Origin: Cenococcum geophilum
Taxonomy: Eukaryota
Direction: 5' to 3'
Assembly: GCA_050273025.1 (NCBI GenBank)
Contig: CP158636.1
Coordinates: 2,480,001 to 2,544,000, forward strand
Length of the DNA stretch: 64,000 nt
The position numbers were made by a program, and so were the translations under genes. Below, piece by piece: positions 12,801 through 25,007 of the stretch. The notes under the pieces are model-generated. The model saw only the letters and a program-made list of their open reading frames with translations, was not told the origin of the DNA and ran no database searches. How positions within the stretch are numbered: the first letter of the stretch is position 1; each line of letters starts with the position of its first letter.

Positions 12801-13098
12801 AAAGTTAATACAATATTTTTAAGAACTAGGGCTTCTAAATGGTATAAATTTTATAATACGGCTATTGCTTAGTCCTAACATTAATTTCGTTAAAGTTAAA
12901 AAACGCGTTGTTAAAAGCATAAGCACATATTATATCTTATTAAATAGTCTACTAATATAGATAAAACTATACAGATATATAGATATCTACTACTTAAAGC
13001 TATTACAACACTTAGAAGGTGCTATAGTTAGGTCCTTCCTTGAAAATATCCTCCCTTGGCCCGGAGTGCCTCTGCTACTACTAGGGGGTAAGCTTTGG

Positions 13099-14100
13099 GC
13101 AGAGCCTCGTGCAGAGCTTCGTGCAGAGCCTCAGTAGAGCTTTGTGCAGAGCTTCGTGTAGAGCCTTAGTAGAGCTTCGTGTAGAGCTTCGCGCAGAGCT
13201 TCGTGTAGAGCTTCGCGCAGAGCTCCGTGCAGAGCTTCGTGTAGAGCTTGGTGTAGGGCTTCGTGCAGAGCTTCGTGCAGAGCTTCGTGCAGAGCTTCGT
13301 GCGGGCGTGCAGACGTGTAGATGTGCAGACGGTAGACGTTCGTCGGGCGATCAATTGCAGAGACGTTTGTAGGGACAATTGTATGGGCAATTAATCAATT
13401 GATTGTATGGGCGTTCGTACGGACGTTTGTACGGGCGATTGTAGAACCTTCCTAGTATATTAGTGCTGCGTGTTAGTAGAGCTTTAGAGCTCTATATAGG
13501 CTTTGAGCAAGGCTTCGAGTAGAGCTTTTACAGAGCTTCGTACGGAGCTTCGAGCAAAGCTTCGAGCAGAGCTTCGAGCAGAGCTTCGAGCAGAGCTTCG
13601 AGCAGAGCTTCGAGCAGAGCTTCGAGCAGAGCTTCGAGCAGAGCTTCGAGCAGAGCTTCGAGCAGAGCTTCGAGCAGAGCTTCGTGCGGAGCTTCGAGCA
13701 AAGCTTCGAGCAAAGCTTCGAGCAAAGCTTCGAGCAGAGCTTCGAGCAGGACTTTGAGCAGAGCTTCGAGCAGGGCTTCGAGCAGAGCTTCGTGCGGAGC
13801 CTCGTGCAGAGCTTCGTGCAGAGCTTCGTGCAGAGCCTCGTGTAGAGCTTCGTGCAGAGCTTCGTGCAGAGCTTCGTGCAGAGCCTCGTGCAGAGCTTCG
13901 TGCAGAGCCTCGTGCAGAGCTTCGTGCAGAGCTTCGTGCAGAGCTTCGTGTAGAGCTTCGTGCAGAGCTTCGTGCAGAGCTTCGTGCAGAGCTTCGTGCA
14001 GAGCTTCGTGCAGAGCTTCGTGCAGAGCTTCGTGCAGAGCTTTTGCAGAGCTTTAGTGGAGCTTCCTGCAGGTCTCCCCCTGAGCTTCGTTCCGCAGAGC
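13099..14100 (+). repeat. 12-bp minisatellite (gcagagcttcgt / gcagagcttcga), two blocks
   Basis: Dozens of tandem units at ~13099-13300 and ~13480-14100, separated by a diverged 12-mer variant (gtatgggcaatt-like). This array produces the ELRA/KLCT/SSAR ORFs. Confidence 0.95.
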
Positions 14101-15282
14101 TCTCGCAAAGCTCCACAGCTCTACGCAGAGGGCTGGTGGCGTGGGCGTAAGCGTTCAGCGTTGGTGTTTACTGCGCGGCTCGGCGAGGTAGAATTAGGGC
14201 CTCTACCGCAACGAATTCCTCTTAACGTCGCGCGCGTATAAGGAGCTAAAGATCTCATAACTTATAGAGTAGACTTTTCTCTATAATTTAGTGTAATTTT
14301 TATATTAATAGGTATTGTGGAAGGGTAGATTAATTTCGTTAAAGTTAATGAGGTCTTCTTATATAAACCGTGTTTAGGTTTTCTACAAAGCTCGCCAAAG
14401 TGCCTCAGACCAAGAAAACGATTACCGTCCTAAATCAGCTTAGCGGACGGTGCGGATATTCCTATATCCGCATAATCGATTTCTTGGTCTGAGCTTCTGA
14501 GGTAAGCCAATAATATTGATCAATATTGTTACTAATCAATATTGGCGAGTATTGGCGAGTATTGGCGATATTTGTAATATTTGCAGATCTTCTTGGCACC
14601 CCACCAAATTTTGGCCCTGCTAGTTATATACCCTCTTCCTAGTATATAGCTTTTGGCGTTCTATCTAGATCGTGCTAATTGACTACTAGAGCAAACGCAG
14701 AGACGTGCGTACGGCTGCGCAGCGCCGGCGCTGCGACGTGGTGGTGCGAAGAAGTCTCTGCTGGGAGGGTGAGCCCTAGCGGAGGCCTACGAGCACTACT
14801 ACGTCTTTTCGTATAAGTCTAGTATACTTAAACTACGGCATCTAAACCAGCGTTACCCCTTTCTTCCTTCCGTACGGTATATAACTATATATACGGCAAA
14901 ACCTATACGGCACGGCGCTGCGACCGAACGTATACGGCGTAACCGAATATATACGGACTAAACGTATACGGCTGTAACTAAGCGTAACGGTATATAACCA
15001 AACGCGTACGGACTAAATATATACGGTGTGACCGAACGTATACGGTATGGCGGCTAAATACATATATATACGCCTTAGGAAGTCTATAATAAGCCTCTTA
15101 TTCCCTACCTTACCTAATAGCCTAGACTTACCTATATAGTATTTTGTCTTCCTCTATATCTTTAGCTATAGATATATATAGGGGACCTAGGTTAGGGACC
15201 TAGGATAAGATACCTAGTTCTATATTTATCCCGCTAGCTTCTTTATAATAGAAATTATACTATAAGTAGAAGGACCTATGCG

Positions 15283-15310
<28 letters not shown>
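15283..15310. repeat. (TA)n microsatellite
   Basis: About 14 TA units. Confidence 0.9.
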
Positions 15311-15315
<5 letters not shown>

Positions 15316-16869
15316 ATTAGGGGAGTAAGGGTAGGCATATAAAACTATACGGCAATTTAACTTTATTAGGAAGTATAGTACGAGCGGTAAATAGGGTAAG
15401 ATAGGCAATTAGAATACTCCCGTACGCGTACGCGTACGGGAGTTTTAGATTAGCGACCTAAAAGGTACTTTTTCTCCCATTAATATAGTACGGATACTAT
15501 CTAAAGTACTACCCCTTATATCTCCCTATGGAGGTTTTTTATATCTATATTACGGTAGTAGTCTATATAGACTTATAAGAGAACCGCATTAGATATAAAA
15601 TAAGAACTAATAATAATAATATATATACCCTCTAAATAATATATATATACTACCCACCTAAATAAACTTAGATCCTTTCTCTTTATATTAAAATATTATA
15701 TATATCCGCAAGTAACTATTATATACCTATACCTAAATTAATACCTTATATTTACTCTATTTTCCCTATATCTACTATAGCTTTTAATCTACCTCTATTA
15801 AAGCTATATAACTATATAAGCCTTACTTTTAATAATATCTATAAGTTTATTAAAAGGTAGGGCTATATAATATTAATTTTCTACTAAAAAACTAATAAGT
15901 AATTACTGTATACTATATATAAAATATAGCTCTATAGGCGTAGGTATAGGTAATAAGTAAAGGAAGTAGTAGCTAAATTATTAGTGACCTAGTTAATTAA
16001 GGCACGAGTACGGTAAGAGGGACGCGTAAGCCTATATAATTAGTAGTCTATAAACGAGGATTTAAAGCTAGAGAAAGGAAAAGAGATAAAGGGTGGCGCC
16101 GCTTAAACGTTATATATAATCCTATAGTTATATAACGGCAACTATATAAAACTATAAAACTATCTATAATTATCCGCTATAATCTACTAATATCTACTAG
16201 CGCCGTAATATAAATTAGTTTATATACTACTTTATAAGTTACTACATAATTTAATTAATTAACTTAAAAGTAAATAATACTAACGTGTCTGTAGGCTTAT
16301 TACGGCAATAGTAGTTCCTAAGGAGATTAAAAAGTAAGGTAGTAGAGTACTATAAGTAACTTATAGATAACTTATAGGCAAGTCTTAAAAGGCGAAGAGA
16401 CGGATTATAGGGTTTTCTTAAATAGAGTTTTCTCCCTATATATATATATAAGGAGTAGTCTATATTGGCCTAATAGAGATCTAAATTAGATATTAAGTAA
16501 TAAATAATAATAATAATATACCTATTTGTTAAATAAATAAATATTTATATCTAAAATATTAATAAGCTTTTATAAATAAATAAATAATATATTATTTAAA
16601 AGTATAAGATAAGATAAGATATTTAATTACGCTATTATAACTCCTATTAAGGTCTATATAGTGGGCCTATATAAGTATATATATAAGAGGGAAACTATAT
16701 AGCTATCTAAAGCTAGATAAAACCTCTATTTAAAAGTATAATAAGGTAAATTTAATACTTAAATTTTATATTTATTAGCTAAGTAGTTATATATTTTTAA
16801 TTAAACACTATTATACTATATAGAGGCTCTATATATAAAAGCCCTATAATCGCGAAGTCCTACGTACGG

Positions 16870-17380
16870 AGACTCTATATATAGCTCTATATAAAGCTCT
16901 ATACAAAGCTCTATATAAAGCTCTGCACGAAGCTCTACACAAAGCTCTATATAAAGCTCTATACAAATAAAGCTCTATATACGGAGGCTCTGCACAAAGC
17001 TCTGCATGGGGCTCTACACGAAGCTCCGCACGAAGCTCTGTACAAAGCTCTACATAAAGCTCTACATACGGAGGCTCCGCGGGAAGCTCTGCGGAGGCTC
17101 TGCACGAAGCCCTGCACGAAGCTCTACACGAAGATCTACACAAAGCTTTATATAGAGTCTCTGTAGTAGAGCCGTCATACGCAGAACCGTTGTACGCAGA
17201 ACTGTCGTACGCAAAGCCGTCCTGCAGAGCCTCCGTTAGCAGAGCTTCGTGCAAAGCCGTCGTGCAGAGCCTCCGTAAGCAGAGCTTCGTGCAAAGCTTT
17301 ATGCAGAGCTTCGTGCAGAGCCTCTGTAGAGCTTCGCGCAGAGCCTTCGTACACAGAGCTTTGCGCAGAGCTTTGTGCAG
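16870..17380. repeat. second array of the same 12-bp unit with an internal orientation switch
   Basis: aagctctgcacg-type (inverted) units at ~16870-17150, then gcagagcttcgt-type units at ~17165-17380. Confidence 0.85.
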
Positions 17381-17933
17381 GCAAGAAATTAAAATACTAT
17401 TATAAAAACTGCCAATATATGCCAATAATTTATATAATCTTTCTTTTTAGAATAAGTATACTTTTATTATAATAATTTGGTCTAAACTATTGCCAATATT
17501 TAATATTGGCGCTGCAAATATTGGCAAATGCCGATATTTTATTGGCTGAATATTCGCTTATTGAAACCCACGCTGACAAGAATATTCTGGGGCTTAATGT
17601 CCTTATGTCGGATTCGGTTATTATAAAGATACTAGAGCGCAGCAGTAAGGCAGCCAAAGTAAGTCCTAAGAGTTGGATTGTGCTCTAATTTGGTAATGCT
17701 AAGGTACTTAGCTAAATCTATTTCTGCGACTAGCGATATAATTATGCTAAAGCACGTAGGATCCGTGTAACTACCTATGAACTTAACGATATGCCGGTGC
17801 TTTAGGCGTTTGAGTATCTCGACTTCGCTGATAAATGCTTTAACTGCAGTAGCTAGGTTATTTCCAAATACGTGACGTTGACGGATACGTTTTCTGGCGT
17901 ATTCCTTATAACTAATTATACTACAAACCCTAT

Positions 17934-20900
17934 TGTATAATTACAGCACCTGTTATACCAAACGCGTGCTTATGCGTTCGGTACACCAGGTACGCGTTTA
18001 CGCGTTTAGTGCACCAACCACTCGCTTACGCGTCTGGTGCACTTATAAAGCACTAACTAATTAGGGGGGAGGTACATCAGTATATAGACCACGTAGTCTG
18101 CTTCATATAATTAACAGTTACTATTTAAACAAGTATACGATACTACATGTATTTTATGCCCGTGGATACAACTCACTCGTGCTATTAAGTTAGTACGAAT
18201 ACTAATTAGTGAGCGCGCATAGATTAGCAATTACTTAATACCTCCCCCCGAGCGATATATATAACAGCGATCACCTGTTTAAACTCCTAGTACAACCTAC
18301 TAAAAGGTCGGAAGTTGGGGATTACGGACTTATCTCTAACTCTATATACTTATTTAAGTCTTAGTATGGTTTATTAAAAGTTATAGACGCGAATATAGAC
18401 CTATACGGAACCCCTATCCTTAACCCCCTTAAACCTTAAACCTCTTTAGACCTTTTGTGGAAACCTCTTACCCTCCTACGAACTATTACGGACCTATTAA
18501 TTAATTTTACGGACCGTTATAAGACCTCCCCTACCTGTTATAAGCTACTACTACCCGCTACGCACTATATTATACTATAGTATAGCAGACATTAGCAAGC
18601 AAGTTAGCGAAGGTTAAAAGAAGTGGAAATAAGGCGTCGACGTTACGTCTATAAACGACATTAACAACTATATTAGCTTTAAAATCCTTAAATATAGACA
18701 CTTTAAGCTTATAAATAATGACCTATAAGAGCAATATAAGGAAGACTTTACGGACTTTATAGAAGCTATTTTTAAGGCTTATAACCCTACTACTATCTAT
18801 AACCTATAAACCCTTTTACGTCACTAAGGCGTATAGGTTAAAAGGGATAAATGAGTTACTATTATACGGTCTCTATATAATATACTATATAAGAAGAACT
18901 AAACAGAATAGATTAAAGAGCAGATCTTAGATTATATTAAAACTAGCAACCTCTTTACCTCCTTTAAACTTAATAGAATCTCTGGCCTTATAGCTAACCT
19001 ATTTAACTAAATTCGTTCCATAAACCTAAGTGGTATTAGAATTAATCTTACTGGCCAAAGTATACCTAATACTTAAGTTACGGACTATAATACCCCTATA
19101 ACCTAAATTATGGACTATAATACCCCTATAAACCAAAATACGGACTAAATTACCCCTATTATTTAAGTTATAGATCTATAAGCTATATATCCGTAAGCTA
19201 TAGATCCGTAAGTTATAGATCCGCAACCTACTTAAGTAAAGACCTATGGTAAGAAGCTAGCTAACCTAGCTAAGCTCTATACCGACGAATTTAAGTATAG
19301 TAGTAAAAATAATAACTTTAACTTTAAACTTACTATCTTTATAGACCTCTGTTAGAAGGCTAATATTCCTAAATAAGAATTTAGCTAAGCCTACTCCACT
19401 ATACTGCGCGGCCTAGTACTTAACCACTACTATACTAACCTTAAGAGTAACCCCCTTAGTGTTCCCTTTAATAAGCTATATAAAGCTATATGCAACTACT
19501 TTAAAGGACTAGAATATAAGCGTAATATTCTTACCTAATAGAATGCGACTAAGCTACGGACCGTAATTAATAAGAACACTAAAAAATCAACTATAAAGTA
19601 CCTGTAAATTCTTATTAAAGACCTTTAGTACCTATAGCATGGCCTTAACACCAAGCTTTAAACAGACGACTTCCTGTATAATAAACTTATTACAGCCTAC
19701 TAGGAAGTAGAGCCCTATAAGTACGCCTGCTATAAGCCTATAAATACCTTAGCTAGCCTTATTAATAACCTACGCTCCTCTATTATAATGTATAAAGTCT
19801 TAAACCTACTAAGTAGCACTTAAGCCTTTATTACGGATATTTAATATCCGTAAATAGACTTAAATGTCTACTTTACGGACCGCCGCTACTGTTAGCAGCA
19901 CCCGTACCGACCAAGTCCTACCTATAACCCCTATAGTAACCCCTGTATAAAAATATACCCCTGTAGATAAACTAGCCAAAAGTGCTTTATATGCGGTAAG
20001 GAAGGATGTTAGTCTATAAGGCATACCTAGGAAGAACGTAACAAGTCTAGGAAGAGACTTAATAGCTATATTAACTAGTTTATTTTAGAATATAAAGGAG
20101 AGGAAATAGAAAAGCCCCCTAATAAGTTAATAGAAGCCCTTATAATTAACTTTAACTTAGATACTTAGGAATAAGAGACCTTAGAGATATTCCTAACTAC
20201 TTTTAGACCTTTTATAGATAGCTAAGCCTTTAATATTACGACCGTATTAGCTAACTATTCCTTTATATACTTAGTTGCGCCTAAAAACTATTCCGTAAGT
20301 ACCCCTGTTATAGACGTTATAGATTATAAGCAGGACCCATTTATATATATTACTATAGAACGCTATACCCCCAAAGAATTCTACGGCGTTATAATTAATA
20401 TAGGTACCTTTAAGAAGTCTACTGTAGGCTATAGACAATACCTTGTATATAGGACTACCATAAATAACAATACGGATATTAATATTACGCAAACTAGGGC
20501 CGTAAACGTCTAATTTGGCATCAGCTTAACCATATTAATTAGATTAATTAAAGTTAAGACTCTAATTAGCCTAGTTAACTTCCACATAGTAAAAGCGAAT
20601 ACCCCCTTCCTACTCTATTTTATAGACATAGATAGGTTATAGGTATACTATAACAATGTTATAGACACCTTAATTAGCCCCGTAACTGCCCTAGGAAGTA
20701 AGTATATTACCCTACTAATTATATAACAATTTGGACACCCATTCCTTATATAGGGAGAGACTTTACAGACCTATATTTAGGAATCTTTTAACTATAACCT
20801 ATGCTACCTTACTAGTACGGAGATCTACCGCCTATACCGCCGTTTCGGCTACCTATTAGCCGAAAAGCTATATAAAGTCCTTAAACGCTCTAGATATAAC

Positions 20901-23900
20901 AACGTTAATAGGAAGGCAATTAACCACCTAACTAAATACTGCTCCTTCTACTAGAAATATGGACGTTCCCTAGGCCAATTTAAGTTTACCCTTTATAAAG
21001 ACCTTAACTTTAACTACTTAGTATACGTAGATATTATATATATTAACGGCAGTCTAGTATTATATATAATTAATAAGGCAACCCGCTATTAAGCTGCCTA
21101 TTAGTTATAAAATATATCCGCAAAATATATTTAGGATATTTTACGGACCTGCTGGATTAATATATATATTAGACCTCCGCAGTATATTACCTACGACGCT
21201 AGTAGGAACTTTATTAGCAAGGAATTCTAGTAGTATGCTATAGCTATGGCTATATTAATAAAAGCTGTTCTAGTTAAGGCGTACTAATCTATTAGGCTTA
21301 TTAAGTGAGCTTACCTAGCCTTATAGAGAGCTTACTAGATTATTACGGACGAGTATAAGGATATTTAAAAGGAACTGGCTTTATAGATGGCCGTAAAAGC
21401 TATTAATGACACCGCTAGCCCTAACGGACTAGTATCTACCTTTTTGGTTTATAGAGCCTACCTAAGGATAAGTAACCTAGGCCCTTCTGCCCCATCTATT
21501 ATAGAATGAGTAGCTATAATATAGAAGGCAATAACTAAAATAGTTAAGCTATAGGCTAAGTAAGCTATTAATAATGCCCTATACTATTGTAACGGACCTA
21601 ATACGACCCTAGTATATAACCTCCCGCTTAACTCTAAAGTCCTTATATAGCGTGAAAGCGGCAGTTAGAATGGACCTTATTATCTATTAGCCGTAAAAAA
21701 TGAGACGTATTGCGTATAGCTTCCTAATAGGCTAACTAGCTTTAGAAGTACGTTTATAAAACCCTACTTTCGGCCTAAAAACACCTATGACGTTAAACTA
21801 GATGAACTAGAAGTACCTGTTAAACTAGACGAACTAGAAGCACCCGCCGAATTAAACGAACTAAAAGCACCCTTGCCTACCTTAGAAGTCCCCTAGAAAC
21901 CCATTGAACCTACTAAACCTATTATAAAGTATGGTTGAGGACGCCCCCGAAAGCACCCTATAACTAAGAATACCGTAATAGAAAATTACCTAACCTCTAT
22001 AGGAATATCTGTAAGGCAATCTCCGCCTGCGGATATATCAGTTCTAGTATAGAAAACCCCGTTTACGGACTCACGACGTAAAGAGATTAACGGACTACTT
22101 AAAAAGGGTGTCTTTGCGGTTATAATAGAGAAAGACGTCCCATAAGGCATCTATATATTTAACTCACGCTTTATTGATAAGATTAAGCACCCTAGTACTG
22201 ATAAAGCCTTTAAGAAATCAAGGCTTGTTATATAAGCTTATAACGATAAGGAAAAGGACTTAGTCCTTACGCAATTACCTACAATTTAACAAGTTAGCTA
22301 ACAAATTATACTTATACTTGCGCTAGGACTATAGCAAACTAAACCCGTAGCCCTATACTTACGGGACATCTTATAAGCCTATATATAGTCTAATACCTAC
22401 TTAAGTAGGGATATCTTTATACGACTATCCCGTGAGCTTAACCTATAACTAGGAATAATTTTATAGGTTATAAAACCTCTTTATAGAGTACTAGAAGCTA
22501 GGAACTATTAGTTTAAGATATACCACCAGCATTATATTAGTAAGCTTAAAATAGAACAGTCGACCTACGACCCCTACCTCCTATACAGCCCATTAAACGG
22601 CCTTAGTATTGTTAGACTTTAAATAGACGATACCCTATTCCTAGTAGACTAGACCTTTACGGACGCTAAAGAAACTAAACTATAAAAGGCTAAGTTCTTA
22701 GCAAAGCCGTAAGAGCAGTTAATTAAGTAGAATCTAATTAAGTTTAATAGAGGCCTAATTATATAAAAGGGCAACCTAATTAAGCTAACTTAGGAACGCT
22801 AAGCTTAAAACCTAAAGCTTATTATAGTAAAGCCTATGGACCTTACTAGTTCCCATAGAGAGACCTATAAGACTATAAATATAAAGGACTAATATACTAT
22901 ACAGCGTGTAAGAGGCGCCTATATTGCTATAGTCTGCCAACCTAAATCTACCTATAACTTATCCTTTACGGCCTAGGTAGTAGATCCGCAAGAAGAAAAT
23001 ATTAAGCAGCTTAATAAGCGCATTTAGTGGTAAATTAACAATATAGTAAGGGGACTTACTTTTATACCACTAGACCTAAATTCCCTTAGCCTACTAGCAT
23101 TTATAGACGCCTCCTTTGCTAATAATAAAGACCTATTATTATAAATTGGCTTTATAATTATACTTACGGACCGCAATTAGGACGTAAATATACTATACTA
23201 GTTTTTAATTAAGTGCAAATAAGTAACCTATAGTGTACTAGCTTCTAAACTATATATACTAGCTTATAGATTTAATATAGTAGCTGCAATTAAATTAACG
23301 GTCTAGAAGATTCTATAACTAGAGTAGTTACCCCTAGTTTTATATACTAATTTAAAGTCCCTTTATAACTGCCTAGTTAAACTAGGTATAATATAAGAGA
23401 AGAGGCTTATAGTTAACCTAATATACTTATATTAGGCCTATAAACAATATAAGATTATAGAGGTTAAATGAATTAGTAGCGGAGATAACCTAGTGGACGC
23501 TATAACTAAGGCAAAGCCATATTAAACCCTTAAAACCCTAATTAATACAAATAAGCTTAACTTAAAAGTTATAAAATAGGTAAAACGGGACTAATAGAGC
23601 ACCTATAGTATGTCTACAGCCCGTTAGAAGGCCGTACGACTTATTATACGGTATAGGTAGAAAATAGTGGAAAGCTATAGTGGAACTTAGTGGACTTACG
23701 TAACCTACCGAATTTTATAGGGTGGTTAAATTGACTAATTACAATTTTCCATCCCCGGGATAGAAAATCGCCATTAGCTTACTTAGTACTAGCGCCTTGG
23801 CGGCCCTTAAAATCTAACTTACTACCTGTTAAAAGGCCGTACGGTTTATTTTACGGGCCGTAAGCAGGACTTATGGCCAGCTTAAGGTACCGTTTAGAAG

Positions 23901-24286
23901 GCAGCCTAGACGGCACCTTAGGGGAGATTTCCTATGTATTTTCCTTTATATTCTATGGTTTTATTAAAGCAATTACAGAGGCTGTACATAGGTGGTTTCA
24001 TTTTTTAAGTACTGCCAGTGTATAATTACAGCACCTGTTGTACCAAACGCGTGCTTACGCGTTCAGTACACCAGGTACGCGTTTACGCGTTTAGTGCACC
24101 AACCACTCGCTTACGCGTCTGGTGCACTTATAAAGCACTAACTAATTAGGGGGGAGGTACATCAGTATATAGACCACGTAGTCTGCTTCATACAATCGAC
24201 AGTCACCATCCAAACAAGCATACGATACTACATGTATTTCGTGCCCGTGGATACGACTCACTCGTGCTATTAAGTTAGTACGAACA
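17934..24286 (+). mobile_element. Ty1/copia LTR retrotransposon, copy 2 (same family as copy 1)
   Basis: 268-bp LTRs at 17934-18201 and 24019-24286; 5-bp TSD cctat at 17929-17933 and 24287-24291. Internal sequence is colinear with copy 1 and carries many RIP stops. Confidence 0.95.
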
Positions 24287-25007
24287 CCTATTAACTTATC
24301 CAAATCCTCTAGTTCCGAGGATACCTAAAGTCTAGAAGGGGAGAAGTTCTCCTTTTAGAAAATTTTGATGTTTGCCGGCTTCTCCTTTTTCTAAATTAAT
24401 TGACTTCGTGAGAATTATACCTTAGTGATCTACGATAGCTAAGCATATAGCTAATGTGAGCAACTTTAGCTGTGGGAGAGCCCGGAATATAACTGGAAAC
24501 TAATAATCGATGAAACCTATAGCTAGCAGATCCTCTAAAATATGGAGGCTGCCAATAGTCCTTAGGATGATGTAAGTTCTTGGCACCTTGCTCTAATTAC
24601 TTACGGAATACTTTAAGAGCCTAGATATTTCCGCTATCTCTGCATCTGAGCATCCGGTATTCGGCCGGTTTAGGAAGAATACTGAAAGCCTATCGCTTAA
24701 GGTATCGCTTAATACTGTGGAAGTAAGGCTTGGAGTTCTTATTAGAACGAGTTGGAACTCAGTGGCAGAAGGGATTATCTCGTTTTTAAGAGTTTTAGCG
24801 ACTTTAGGGCTAGAATAATTTACCCCTATGCTGTGCAAATTATTCATTCGGAGAATAGTTTCGTTTACAGTAGTGCTGGTTGGCGGATTTATAATCAAAG
24901 ATCCGGATAATTCTTTTGTAGGCTTAACTGTAGGAATCGTATTAACTAAAGGCCTTCCTCGCTTATTCGTTATGATAGTAGTTGCGGCGTTTATTAGAAC
25001 CGGTAGT

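Larger units (their letters stand above)
12585..17575. mobile_element. hAT-type element 2, apparently non-autonomous, rich in minisatellite
   Basis: TIR cagcgtgg(t/g)tttc(g/a)ata (15/17). 8-bp TSD acaagaat at 12577-12584 and 17576-17583. Many subterminal gccaat/attggc motifs. No recognisable transposase motifs were found by eye. Confidence 0.88.

Noticed and set aside
13099..14100. CRISPR-like array
   Set aside because: Head-to-tail repeats with no unique spacers, in a eukaryotic context with no cas genes.
13109..14241. ELRA / KLCT / SSAR / EALL repeat ORFs as real proteins
   Set aside because: They are all frames of one stop-free 12-bp minisatellite inside a TIR element, mostly with non-ATG starts and no unique domain.
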